IMG/VR virus record: IMGVR_UViG_3300033182_000980
Location: 248,001-312,000 of that record
Strand: one strand, 5' to 3'
Length of the DNA: 64,000 nt
A program made the position numbers and the translations under genes. The notes under the pieces were generated by a model, which was given only the letters and a program-made list of their open reading frames with translations, ran no database searches and was not told the DNA's origin. Every line of letters starts with the position of its first letter. Position 1 is the first letter of the stretch. Of the stretch, positions 1 to 9,900 are shown piece after piece.

Positions 1-1406
1 GGTGCTTCGGAAACAGAGATTGTTCCTGCTTGGAGAGTCCTAAAACGCACACCTCCACCAGAGATGATCTGTCCAATAGGTACGATGAGGTCAAAAGTAG
101 GTAAAGACCTTGAATAGAAAGTTGCTTCCCCTCTAGCTACTTGTCCAGATAGTCTGACGATCCCTAGATTAGAAGCCAAGCGATCAAAACAGATGTCGAT
201 AAGGTTTTGTACCTGTGTGTCTGTATCGAGGAAATAAGCCTCTTTTAAGAGCTGTTTATAGCTAGAGTTCGATACATAGATGGACTCACCCAATCCTGTG
301 GGGTCGTCTATATCGTTGAGGGAGACAAAGTTAGTCGCCTTGTAGCAGAAATCTAAGAGGACTCTGATGCGAGATACTTCGGAGACAACAGGATCAATGA
401 ATAAGTCTCTTATAGCTGAACCAGCTTGAACACTCGCTGTGGGGTCAGCATCGTAGATTGCCGAGATCATGCTCTCTGTAAGCTGTGAGTCAGTCACATT
501 AGGTAATGTCGTGTTGATGAGCTGTAGGTTGATAGGTGCTGACCCGACCTCAACACTAAAAGCAGACTCTACGGATTGGTTGTCTACAACCTTGACCGCT
601 GTGATGACATAATAAAGAGGAGTGTTCACATTGAGTGAAGCAAACTCGCCTATCTCGATTGTGTTCGCAGAGTTAGGGTTGGTTCGATTGTGTTTGAAAG
701 ATACCTTTGTCTCCAACTCGATTGCGGATACATTTGTTGCGACTCTTAATCGACCCACGCTCTCTGCGATCTCCTGTGTTCCCACATCACTCTCGGTGGT
801 GTTCTGTAGGGCTTTTATAGTGAGAACATTCGGATCTTCTCCAATGGCTTCAATGTCGCTAGATAAATCTACTATTGAGGAGACTTTTTCTGACTTAAAG
901 CCATAGGTGATAGGGTCGATTGGGATCTTGTTGATCTGTTGATAACCATTTCCACCACCACCACTTACAGTTGAAGCGTACACATTATAAGAGCTGATCT
1001 CGGAGTCGGTATGTACCCAACTAAGAACGACATTATCATCAGCTCTCTCGGCTTTTATGTTGATGGGTGGTTGAGGTTTAGCCGTATTTGAGTCTAGGCT
1101 AGAGATAACAATCAGCGTTAAAGATGTTGTATTTATTCCGTCTGTTGCCGAGATAAGGAAGCTGTTAGCTCCTTGATTTAAGTCGATCCCCTCGGATGTA
1201 TTTGGAAATACCCATGATCCATCAGCGATTGTGATGTCTGCATCTACACCCACGGATGTAAATGTCTCGTCTAAGAATGACACTGTGATTTGGTCATACC
1301 CTTCAACAAGACCATGAATGAATACTTCTTCTTTGTCGGTTGAATAACTAGTTGATGTTGAGGAGCTGACTCCATCTGGCTTTACGATTTTTAAGCTATA
1401 ACTCAT
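1..1406 (-). CDS. Baseplate J/wedge-like protein with N-terminal Ig/FN3-like region (partial, runs off window start)
   Basis: Absent from the ORF track (no stop in window). ATG at 1406 overlaps the TGA of the preceding gene (ATGA). Translation MSYSLKIVKPDG...PQPPINIKAERADDNVVLSW...SYNVY (FN3-like), then GSAIRDLFIDPVVSE...DRLASNLGIVRLSGQVARGEATFY, resembling baseplate J proteins; adjacent to a gp25-like gene. Confidence 0.75.
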   Translation of the reverse strand, partial: MSYSLKIVKPDGVSSSTSTSYSTDKEEVFIHGLVEGYDQITVSFLDETFTSVGVDADITIADGSWVFPNTSEGIDLNQGANSFLISATDGINTTSLTLIVISSLDSNTAKPQPPINIKAERADDNVVLSWVHTDSEISSYNVYASTVSGGGGNGYQQINKIPIDPITYGFKSEKVSSIVDLSSDIEAIGEDPNVLTIKALQNTTESDVGTQEIAESVGRLRVATNVSAIELETKVSFKHNRTNPNSANTIEIGEFASLNVNTPLYYVITAVKVVDNQSVESAFSVEVGSAPINLQLINTTLPNVTDSQLTESMISAIYDADPTASVQAGSAIRDLFIDPVVSEVSRIRVLLDFCYKATNFVSLNDIDDPTGLGESIYVSNSSYKQLLKEAYFLDTDTQVQNLIDICFDRLASNLGIVRLSGQVARGEATFYSRSLPTFDLIVPIGQIISGGGVRFRTLQAGTISVSEA

Positions 1407-2443
1407 GTCAAACTCCCATCTAATGAAATGCTACCTGGTACTTCAAAAACTATATTTACGCTCACTTGGCGATTAGCACCACTACGAACGACCACATTAC
1501 ACAATAATGCGGTCGCATTGCCATTGAGTGCTGAAACTTCCACAGATTGAACGCTCACTAATCTTTCTTCTTGGCTGAGGTATTGTACCCTCTTGAGGTC
1601 TTGTTGCATCTTTTGCAACTTATCTAGTGCTTGTTGGACGCTCATTCTTAATGCGACCCCTACCGAAGCATTGTTCTTTTGACCGATGAGTCGGTTAGCG
1701 TTTGAACCGTACCAAGGGTGATATGGGTTAGACCCGATCTCTGTTAGTAGGGTCTTAGCTATATTCTGATAGAGCAGGTCTGTGTCTTGTACCTTTTGAA
1801 GATCTCCGTCAGTACCGAACCTAAAGTCGTTCTCTACCCCTGTGCCACCACATCGTCTACAGTATATCTTTTCAGTCGTGTAAGAGATTTCTAGCAAGCC
1901 CTCTGGTTCTAGTTTGCTCTTGAACTGTATATCGTTTCCGTTGAGCCGTGAAACCAACCCCCAAGCAGGAGTGGTCTTTTTAGTCTTAACGACTTGCTTT
2001 TGCTTAGTGAACCCTAGTGCTTTTAAGAGGCTTCCTGTGAGGGTGAACCCAATACCAAGTTTTCGATCAGAGAACCTCAACGCTTTTGATGTAGTCTCTT
2101 CAACGCTGATCGCTCCGATTTGGCTTTGTATTTCGGAGATGAGGCTCTGTGTGTTGTATATCTTTGTGGGTAAAGTGATTGTGTTCGAGTACCCCTCTGT
2201 GGTGGTGATTGTAAGCACATTAGATGTGCTTCTCACTCTAAAGGGAGACACATTAGGAGTGGTGATAGTAGCCTCTCGGTTATTGCCTTGAGGTTCGAGT
2301 ACGACACCATCTCGTTTAATCACTACAAGACCAGCACCATTGATCGGTGATGCTGGTATAATGTAGATACCATTTTGTAGCCCGACCCTCTCATAGCGAA
2401 TATAATGAGGGCAAGCATAAGAAATCTGTAGATCTTCGCTCAT
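1403..2443 (-). CDS. Baseplate wedge protein with C-terminal gp25/GPW-like domain
   Basis: C-terminal DFRFGTDGDLQKVQDTDLLYQNIAKTLLTEIGSNPYHPWYGS...ERLVSVQSVEV matches the gp25-like pattern; CxxC precedes it; late-promoter motif upstream. Confidence 0.7.
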   Translation of the reverse strand: MSEDLQISYACPHYIRYERVGLQNGIYIIPASPINGAGLVVIKRDGVVLEPQGNNREATITTPNVSPFRVRSTSNVLTITTTEGYSNTITLPTKIYNTQSLISEIQSQIGAISVEETTSKALRFSDRKLGIGFTLTGSLLKALGFTKQKQVVKTKKTTPAWGLVSRLNGNDIQFKSKLEPEGLLEISYTTEKIYCRRCGGTGVENDFRFGTDGDLQKVQDTDLLYQNIAKTLLTEIGSNPYHPWYGSNANRLIGQKNNASVGVALRMSVQQALDKLQKMQQDLKRVQYLSQEERLVSVQSVEVSALNGNATALLCNVVVRSGANRQVSVNIVFEVPGSISLDGSLT

Positions 2444-2486
2444 GTTATCACCAGTAGTCTAGTGGGTTAATACTAGACTACCGATG

Positions 2487-2498
2487 ATAAATAAACTA
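2487..2498 (-). promoter_or_regulatory. Putative late promoter TA-N5-TTTAT (TAGTTTATTTAT)
   Basis: One of 12 similar motifs; about 45 nt upstream of the baseplate gene. Confidence 0.65.
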
Positions 2499-2502
2499 AC
2501 GA

Positions 2503-4887
2503 TTAACCTAAGTGAACAAATGCCTCATACAGCTCGGTTCCTGGTTCGATACCGAACTCTTGGAATACCTTTGTGACTGCGTTTCTCGCGGTGAGTTTCT
2601 TCTTTATAAAGAACTCTTCTCTTGCTTTTAGAGCCGACTGAACTTCATTCGCCCAGTTTGGTAAGATAAACTGATCGTAAGCCTCGCTCTTAACCTCGTT
2701 TAACTCTTTTGTAGGAATAGGACCGACAAGGTATCGGACACGATTATCACAGTCAGCATTACCTAGACCCTTTGGTAAGTTAGCCCCTTCGGTCAGACCA
2801 ATGTCGAGGTAGAAACGATAGCGAACAAGCTCACTAGCGATGCCACTATAGAAGCCTTTAAGTTTACCGCCACTGTTTGTGACAGTTTTATGTGCTTGAC
2901 CTGCTTTCGCAGGTACCGATTTGTAGCTTGGGTTATTGGCAATAGTAATGATGTTATTCAAAAAGTCAGACATCTTATAATCTAAACCTTTTGGTCTATA
3001 CGGAGCGATAAGATCTTCGAGGCTTTTCGTGATCTTTGCAACCTCAGCGTCAGAAGCCACCATAAGTGCGTTTACTAAACCTTTGTAAACAGAATTAGTG
3101 ACTTTGAAGAAACTTAATTTTCCTACTTCAATCTTGTGAGACTTCCCACCTGCTTTTACAGTTGTAAATCCACCGTTTAAGACGAGGGCTAACTCAAGAT
3201 ACCAACCTAGAGTTCCTTTATTGCCACCAATAAACTTTTTGACCAGAGCTTGATCCATACAGTTATCAGCAAACTCTTTGATAGCTATTATCTTTGCTTT
3301 GTCAGCAAAGACAGCAGAGTTAAAGATGTGCTTTAATCCAAGAGGCAAAAGAGGCTCTTGATGTTCTTCGATAGTGTCTTGGATCGCTCTCAAGGCTTTA
3401 GGGTCGGACTCTCTAAGAGCTAAAGACCATTCTGTATCATCGAGATACAGGTTAGCATCAAGCATCCAACTGAAACCGTCATCGGTGAACATCTTTGACA
3501 GCTTTTTCATGTGCTCTAGCGTTAGATTAACTTTAGCTAGTTCAGCGATCACTTCTCCAATTTTACCTTCTGGTAAGCTCAGACCACTTACAGCGACATT
3601 TGCCATCTGGTTGGCTTGACCCTCGATCATCTGGACAGCTTCTTCGGCCTCCACAGAGACTTCGATGTTATCAATCATCCAACCGTCATTAACAAGGTCA
3701 TACTCTGCATCGAGGCGATCAAGCTCATCGAGTTCACCCGAATGGTAGCTTCGGATAAGCTCTTCAAGCTCATCTGTGATAGGATTTCCTGTCATCTCAA
3801 GGAGTTTTCTAGCGAGAGTATTTGATTCGACACTATCATATACACCAGCAAAGAAATCTGGCTTCAAGGTGTCAGAGATCAGAGCATCATCATTACTAAT
3901 GTGGTCGGACAACAAAAGCATCTCTAGCCCTGTGAGCCACTTTAATGGTTCGTTATCCAAACTCCCGTCAGTTAAAAGACCCTCAATCTTATCAAGATCT
4001 TCTTCGCTAAGACCTTTTTCTTCTATGTATTTCTCGGTGTTGGCTTTACCGAGGTTATTCTCAATATGACCCTCGGCGGATAACTGATCGAGTCTGCTAT
4101 ATTCCTCGCCTTCAGAAGATTGACCTTCTGTTGACTCTTGTCTCAGTTTTACCCCTTTTGCGATCTCATCCATTCCTAGCTCTCTTCTTTCTTGAAGAGT
4201 TAGGTAGCGACCTTTAGATGCCATTGCACTGAATACACCTTTACGAATAGCCCCCATAACTCTCTCAGCGATAGAGCTTCCCCCTCCTACATTTTCAGTA
4301 ATTCTTTTCCAAGGGGTGACATCTGTATCTCTTACAGCATTGTCTCTTTTACCAGTCACAGCCCACATAGTGGCCCTCTGCCAAAGGTCTTCAAGGATGT
4401 CGTTACTTAGTCTCGTATACTCTCGGTTGTTATTAACAAAAGCACCATAGGTACTGTTGATGCTTTTAGTGAGAGCAGGTTTGATTTGCTCATAGAGACT
4501 GTTCAAGAAGTTTGCGTATCTTGCAACGCTTGCTTGTCGCCTTCTTCTTCTCATTCGATTCGCAAAGCTACCAACTCCACTAAGTTGGTTTAGGATCTTT
4601 GTCCCATACTCTGTGGGGGAGTCAGCACCAACATCTGGGATAGTCATTCCCTGTAGTGCTGGATCACCTGTCATCTGAGAAAGAGCGGCACTTGCCCAAT
4701 AGAAGAAGATCTTCTTAAGATCAGTGTCACTTTGTAGGTACAACCTCAGATCAGCTTGTTTTTTCATACCCGCTGATTTGATGTACTGCTCAAGCTCTCT
4801 TACAAGCTCTTGAGCAACTTTGGTCTTGGTGTGGAGGCCAGATTTCTTGATCTGATCCAGCATCTGGTTCGCCTGTTTTATGTTCAT
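2503..4887 (-). CDS. Large hypothetical protein, probable virion internal/head protein
   Basis: 794 aa; N-terminal region rich in K/R-x-A motifs (IKQAN, TKVAQ, IKSAG, KKQAD, RRQASVARYA); late motif upstream. Confidence 0.55.
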   Translation of the reverse strand: MNIKQANQMLDQIKKSGLHTKTKVAQELVRELEQYIKSAGMKKQADLRLYLQSDTDLKKIFFYWASAALSQMTGDPALQGMTIPDVGADSPTEYGTKILNQLSGVGSFANRMRRRRRQASVARYANFLNSLYEQIKPALTKSINSTYGAFVNNNREYTRLSNDILEDLWQRATMWAVTGKRDNAVRDTDVTPWKRITENVGGGSSIAERVMGAIRKGVFSAMASKGRYLTLQERRELGMDEIAKGVKLRQESTEGQSSEGEEYSRLDQLSAEGHIENNLGKANTEKYIEEKGLSEEDLDKIEGLLTDGSLDNEPLKWLTGLEMLLLSDHISNDDALISDTLKPDFFAGVYDSVESNTLARKLLEMTGNPITDELEELIRSYHSGELDELDRLDAEYDLVNDGWMIDNIEVSVEAEEAVQMIEGQANQMANVAVSGLSLPEGKIGEVIAELAKVNLTLEHMKKLSKMFTDDGFSWMLDANLYLDDTEWSLALRESDPKALRAIQDTIEEHQEPLLPLGLKHIFNSAVFADKAKIIAIKEFADNCMDQALVKKFIGGNKGTLGWYLELALVLNGGFTTVKAGGKSHKIEVGKLSFFKVTNSVYKGLVNALMVASDAEVAKITKSLEDLIAPYRPKGLDYKMSDFLNNIITIANNPSYKSVPAKAGQAHKTVTNSGGKLKGFYSGIASELVRYRFYLDIGLTEGANLPKGLGNADCDNRVRYLVGPIPTKELNEVKSEAYDQFILPNWANEVQSALKAREEFFIKKKLTARNAVTKVFQEFGIEPGTELYEAFVHLG

Positions 4888-4933
4888 ATCTCTCTCGCTT
4901 TCCGATAGACAAGTTTTACAGAAGATACCAAGT

Positions 4934-4945
4934 ATAAACGATCTA
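4934..4945 (-). promoter_or_regulatory. Putative late promoter (TAGATCGTTTAT)
   Basis: Matches TA-N5-TTTAT, 47 nt upstream of the ATG at 4887. Confidence 0.6.
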
Positions 4946-5064
4946 CAAATCGTATAAAAGAGGGATAAAGGGGTTGCTCCATTGGTCTATGTGTGATAAG
5001 GTGGGGTCTGACTTGGATAGATGTCCAATAAGTCAGCCTTTAACCCGATCAATCGGAGACACAA

Positions 5065-5934
5065 ATGAATAGAATAATCAAGGGTTTACCATACCCTATT
5101 AGGAGTGGTGCGAATATCCACTTCGACATGATGTTTGAGGTGTCGGCAGACGACCACTTCAATATGATCTTCTCATGTACACAACCCAAAGAGGCAAAGC
5201 CTGCTGTGGTGCGTAATGAGACTGAAACTTGGCTCTATGACTCACGATGTGAAAACTATGAGCGTGTGCTTGAGATGGTTCAGAGAAGAACCCCATATAA
5301 CAAGCGTTTCACGCTACCCGAAGATCAGATCGTAAGCTACTTCCACAGCTTCCTCACCGAACACTTCATCGAGAAAAATCAGCTCAAGAAGGAGCTTGAT
5401 AAAGGCAAGTCTGTGAAGCCATCGGTGGTGTATGAGTGGTTCTTGCAGTATGTGGTGCGTGAAAAGTACCAAGAGGGCCAAGACGCTCTACAACGCACTC
5501 GTGGTGCGAGGACTCAATCAGAGGTGACAAAGATCAAGGCATACGAGACAAAGCAGACTAAGAATGCGTATACTCCAGTCCACCATATCAAGAACCTTGA
5601 GTCAGAGGGGTGGCAAGTCGCTCAAGTCGTATCTAAGATGGACGCAGAGACTGGACAACAAGTAGGAGAACCCGACTACTATATCAATGAAGATGCGTAT
5701 AGTAGCCTTGAAGAGCGTTCGGAAAATGCGTACATGAAAGAGCTGTTGCTTGATCGCTTCGGTCAAGACAAGCTGAATATGTACTACTCGCTGTGGCTTG
5801 AGCTTCGCTATGCCGAGTATGAGAGCAAGAAGAAATGGGCTTCGGCTCGTAAGGTATCTTACAAGGTCTTGTCCTCTCAGATCGAGCAAGTACAAGATGT
5901 CTTTAGGGATAACCTTGAAGCCTTTGGCTACTGA
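5065..5934 (+). CDS. Hypothetical protein, possible divergent sigma-70-like/HTH transcription factor
   Basis: GGAG RBS; helical protein with C-terminal KKWASARKVSYKVLSSQIEQV resembling a region-4 HTH. Function is inference. Confidence 0.4.
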   Translation: MNRIIKGLPYPIRSGANIHFDMMFEVSADDHFNMIFSCTQPKEAKPAVVRNETETWLYDSRCENYERVLEMVQRRTPYNKRFTLPEDQIVSYFHSFLTEHFIEKNQLKKELDKGKSVKPSVVYEWFLQYVVREKYQEGQDALQRTRGARTQSEVTKIKAYETKQTKNAYTPVHHIKNLESEGWQVAQVVSKMDAETGQQVGEPDYYINEDAYSSLEERSENAYMKELLLDRFGQDKLNMYYSLWLELRYAEYESKKKWASARKVSYKVLSSQIEQVQDVFRDNLEAFGY

Positions 5935-6689
5935 TACCTAACTCGCCCATAGACCTCTTGGAGTGTACGCTTGTCGGCACTCTCCTTTGGCTCAAAAGGT
6001 CTACCCCTCTCAAGCTCAAACTCTTTGACTAATCTGACAAGGTAGTCATCGGGATCTCTATGTAATCTTATCGTCCTACTATGTCTCGCCAAAGTCATGT
6101 AGAAATCGACCTCTAAACCGAGTCGGTATGCTTTAAGCATGGGTATGAGTTGATCTATCACAGAAGCTTCTCGAATAGCTTTCTTGAGGTCTGCTTTAGG
6201 TAGGGTATGGCCATACCTCAAAGCGAATAGGATGTTGCGTAAAACAGCTCTAGGTCGATCATCAGAGGTCATGCCTACACTAAAAGAACAGGCACTACGC
6301 TTTGCTTCATTGGTGAAATATAACCCTTCTTGACCAAGAAGGACTTGGTTGAGGGTGTTGTCTCTACTCTTAAAGTATTCTTCTACGCTCCAATGCCTTT
6401 CGACATCACCTAGCTTGTGTAGTCGATCAAACTCGTCATATTGCTCATCATTAAAGATGACTTCTTCCTCCCCATATCCGTCATCCCATTCGACATCATC
6501 CCCAAAGACTACAAAGTCAAAGTCCATATTTGGCTTTGTTGCTCGTGCGACATATTCTGGTGTGAAATGGTTAATCAAAGCATCTCTAGCCACTCCACCC
6601 TTGAAGTAGGAATAGGGCTTGAGCGTCTTTAATATACTCATCACTTTAGAGTCTAGTCCGAGCCTCTTTAGTGGGACAAATTGGATCAT
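5928..6689 (-). CDS. Class II (CCA/poly(A) polymerase-like) nucleotidyltransferase, short form
   Basis: YFKGGVARD...MDFDFVV (GGxxRD...DxD) and SRDNTLNQ (RRDFTIN-like). Confidence 0.7.
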   Translation of the reverse strand: MIQFVPLKRLGLDSKVMSILKTLKPYSYFKGGVARDALINHFTPEYVARATKPNMDFDFVVFGDDVEWDDGYGEEEVIFNDEQYDEFDRLHKLGDVERHWSVEEYFKSRDNTLNQVLLGQEGLYFTNEAKRSACSFSVGMTSDDRPRAVLRNILFALRYGHTLPKADLKKAIREASVIDQLIPMLKAYRLGLEVDFYMTLARHSRTIRLHRDPDDYLVRLVKEFELERGRPFEPKESADKRTLQEVYGRVRYQ

Positions 6690-7057
6690 CGTTTTCCACC
6701 ATCATAAGCGACAGCATGACCCATTCGGATCATCTCATCATTAAGAGACTCCCCTAGTTCTTCCATGCCCTCCTCATAGAGCCATATGACACCAAGCCAA
6801 CGACCAAACTTGCCCTTCTTAACTGTGTTGATGACGATGGTCTTACCCTCGATACGAGACTTGAGGTAGTCCTTAGCGGCGTAGCCTCTAGCTTTCTCTT
6901 CAAGGTCTTTGGTTCGTATCTCTGGTGTGTTGATCCCCACCATACGAACCTTGACTCTCGCAAAGTGCTTCATGCCTTGGTCGATCATAACTGTAATGGT
7001 ATCTCCGTCATATACGGATAAGACTTCTGCTTTGTAGTGATATAAATTAAGACTCAT
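6686..7057 (-). CDS. Staphylococcal nuclease (SNase/thermonuclease)-like protein
   Basis: VYDGDTI, VRMVGINTPE and GKFGRWLG motifs. Confidence 0.9.
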   Translation of the reverse strand: MSLNLYHYKAEVLSVYDGDTITVMIDQGMKHFARVKVRMVGINTPEIRTKDLEEKARGYAAKDYLKSRIEGKTIVINTVKKGKFGRWLGVIWLYEEGMEELGESLNDEMIRMGHAVAYDGGKR

Positions 7058-7063
7058 ATTTCA

Positions 7064-8362
7064 TTACCCTTTGATGCTGTATGTAATACCAATGTCGGTA
7101 GCATTTCCGTTGTTTGTGATGTCGAGTGAGACTGTGAACTGATTGTTGTTTCCGTCAATCTCTGAAACCCAGGGTGTCTTAGTGACAGTAAACTGACCGC
7201 CAACACCCCCTACAAACATAAGACTTACAACGATTGAGCTACCACCATTAACAAGACCTGCAACGGGTACTGTCACTGTCACAGATGTTAGATTTTGAGC
7301 GTTAGCGACATTGACGATTTCTTTACCTTGATAGAAGTCGGGGGCGAAGTCAGAGCCTGTACTCTTAACAGCACCACCTACCATGTGGAGAACACCATTC
7401 CCTAAGTGGTCAATGATAAGCTCACCCTCTGTTGCACCATTAGCACCCCCCCCAACAACAAGCTCAATGCTACCACCTGCGTTGCCATTACCATCACCTC
7501 GACCTGCATTTAAGTAAATGCCACCACCATCCGAGTCAGAGTCCGAGCCACCTGCGTTCAAGTAAAACTCGCCCCCAGTATCTCCATGTCCTGTTCCAAG
7601 ATCAACATTAAAGTCACCTCCACTCCCACCAAAGTCTCCACCATTTCCTGTGTTAAAGTGTACAGACCCACCTTTTGTACCCTCATTCTCTTGAGCGTTA
7701 GAAACATAGCCTTTGCCTGTGTAGACTCTAAACTCACCTCCACTTGCATAGTCAGTTTCGGGATCTCCATCATTCTGAAAGCCCTCTAACTTATAGCCCT
7801 CTGCGGTATTGATGTAGATGTCAGCGTCATCTGCGTCTGGACCTCCGTCATTAGGTCCATTACCCTCAAAAACTTGATCTGTGGGTGCGTGGCAGACGAT
7901 TCTTAGACCAGATACGCTACTGTCATAGAACATATCCACATAGCCATTATTCACACCCTCTTTCCCACTTATACGGAATCCTTGGTCATTTTCATCTCCA
8001 TCAAGGTCTACTCCATCATGTTGATCCCTACTCCAAAGACTTGTACCCTCAACCGAGTTTACAGCACCCTTAAGAGTAGCCGTTAGGTGTCCACTTGCAA
8101 TGAGCTTAGAGATAGCACCAGCGTTGTAAGATTTCTCTACAAGATCAGTCATCTCAAGAGTAACTGTATTCTCACCACCTACTCTATAAGTGAGCTGTGT
8201 GGGTTGTGCTTGAGATCGTGTATTCTGAGAGTTATCAAGATCACTAGCAACATCTGTGAAATAGACTGTGAAGCCATCTGTTGCTTGTAGGTTCGTTTGG
8301 GTTCTTGGGTCAAGTGGTCCAAGACCTGTATGAGTTAGAATTAATTTAGAAATAGTAGCCAT
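7064..8362 (-). CDS. Glycine-rich virion fibre-like protein (paralogue of 8381..9847)
   Basis: Shared N-terminus (LTHTGxGPxDPRT) and GG-x-hydrophobic-x-hydrophobic-xx-GxG repeats; GGAG RBS. Confidence 0.6.
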   Translation of the reverse strand: MATISKLILTHTGLGPLDPRTQTNLQATDGFTVYFTDVASDLDNSQNTRSQAQPTQLTYRVGGENTVTLEMTDLVEKSYNAGAISKLIASGHLTATLKGAVNSVEGTSLWSRDQHDGVDLDGDENDQGFRISGKEGVNNGYVDMFYDSSVSGLRIVCHAPTDQVFEGNGPNDGGPDADDADIYINTAEGYKLEGFQNDGDPETDYASGGEFRVYTGKGYVSNAQENEGTKGGSVHFNTGNGGDFGGSGGDFNVDLGTGHGDTGGEFYLNAGGSDSDSDGGGIYLNAGRGDGNGNAGGSIELVVGGGANGATEGELIIDHLGNGVLHMVGGAVKSTGSDFAPDFYQGKEIVNVANAQNLTSVTVTVPVAGLVNGGSSIVVSLMFVGGVGGQFTVTKTPWVSEIDGNNNQFTVSLDITNNGNATDIGITYSIKG

Positions 8363-8380
8363 AGTTTATCTCCTAGTAGA

Positions 8381-9847
8381 TTAAAGACCGATAGAAGCGT
8401 TAAAGACTTGATAGACGATTGTGATAACCCTTTGAGCATTTGCAGTATTGGTCACATCTAGTCCGACTGTGAAAGCGTTGCCACCTACATTGATTGCTTT
8501 GAGATGTGGGGCGACAGCAACTGTGATGTCACCTGGGTTATCGACAACACTTAGAGTAAGCATGACAAGAGCTTGGTTAGATAAAGCACCTGCTAAACCA
8601 TTGTCGTTAATGACGACCTCATTAAGACCTACGAGTGCCCCGATTGTGAAGTTGGCTTTACCAACCCTCATGTCTGTGCTTCTAAGACTATTCCCAGCTA
8701 CATGGAGCAAGCCATCTGCATGGTCGGGGAACTTGATTTCTCCAGCTGTTGCACCATTGTGTCCGACACCAGCTTGAATGATGACATCACCACCTTGAAA
8801 GCCACCATTTCGACCAAAGCCACCTTCAATCGTGACATTACCACCATTACCCCTCGCACCCCCTGCGTTCTGCCAAGGTGAGCCACCTCTAAGAAGAATA
8901 GCACCCCCTGTTGAGTCAGCTGGGTTTAAGACTGTGCCACCATAGATGTTTACAGAGCCTCCCTCTTTATTTGATGCCCAACAGTATCCACCATAAATAG
9001 AGAGATCACCACCATTCTGAGTGCGAGAGCCACCCCCGCCTATATTAACACCACCACCATTACCTGTGCTGTTATCCCAAGCAATCCCACCATAAATACT
9101 TACCGAGCCACCTCTAGTCCCACCAGCGTTGGCATTACCCGCTTGGAAAGTAAACCCACCACCACTTGAAGCATTAGAAGCCCCGCCAGAAAAGTAGACC
9201 CCACCACCACCGTCTTGAGTGCTTGCACCACCAATGAAAGAAAAGCCACCACCATTACCTTGAGTGCCTGCCCCACCCCTCAGAGTAAAGCCACCACCTT
9301 GTCTCTCACCATTTCCTGCTGTGAAAGTGAAGTCTCCACCATCGGATTGGTTTGTGCCTCTACCAGCACCTGTGTAAACCTCAAAGCCACCACCGTCTCC
9401 ACCAAACTCACCACTATTTCCAGAGGTGAAAATGAAGTTAGCTCCATCAGTTCCTGCGAAGTCTACATTGTTTGAGTCAAAGCCTTGTCCTGATGTAAAT
9501 CTTACGACTGGAGCGTTTTCTCCCTCAACTGCATTGTCGGCAACCTCTTCAATGTTATTTGTCTCTTGGATATATCCGTCAATATAACCACGATCAATAT
9601 ACGATCTGATAGACCCATGATTGAACGAGTATTCCACTCTAGCGGTGTATTCTAGTTCAAAGGTATGCTCACCATTAGCGTAATAGGTAAAACTCGATCT
9701 AGGGGCAATAGAGCGTGTGTACTGACTTTGATCTAGCCCATCTGTGAGATCGTTGAAATAAAGGGTACTCCCCTCTGCCGAAAGCTCTTGGTTTGTGCGA
9801 GGGTCGATTGGACCTTTGCCTGTATGTGTTAAGACGAGTCTTGCCAT
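8381..9847 (-). CDS. Glycine-rich virion fibre-like protein
   Basis: Many GG(F/V)x(F/I/L)xxG repeats; late motif and AAGGAG RBS upstream. Confidence 0.6.
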   Translation of the reverse strand: MARLVLTHTGKGPIDPRTNQELSAEGSTLYFNDLTDGLDQSQYTRSIAPRSSFTYYANGEHTFELEYTARVEYSFNHGSIRSYIDRGYIDGYIQETNNIEEVADNAVEGENAPVVRFTSGQGFDSNNVDFAGTDGANFIFTSGNSGEFGGDGGGFEVYTGAGRGTNQSDGGDFTFTAGNGERQGGGFTLRGGAGTQGNGGGFSFIGGASTQDGGGGVYFSGGASNASSGGGFTFQAGNANAGGTRGGSVSIYGGIAWDNSTGNGGGVNIGGGGSRTQNGGDLSIYGGYCWASNKEGGSVNIYGGTVLNPADSTGGAILLRGGSPWQNAGGARGNGGNVTIEGGFGRNGGFQGGDVIIQAGVGHNGATAGEIKFPDHADGLLHVAGNSLRSTDMRVGKANFTIGALVGLNEVVINDNGLAGALSNQALVMLTLSVVDNPGDITVAVAPHLKAINVGGNAFTVGLDVTNTANAQRVITIVYQVFNASIGL

Positions 9848-9888
9848 GATATATCTCCTTTGTTTGTTTATTTACTTACAGAGGAGAT

Positions 9889-9900
9889 ATAAAGAAACTA
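9889..9900 (-). promoter_or_regulatory. Putative late promoter (TAGTTTCTTTAT)
   Basis: Matches the motif, 42 nt upstream of the ATG at 9847. Confidence 0.65.
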
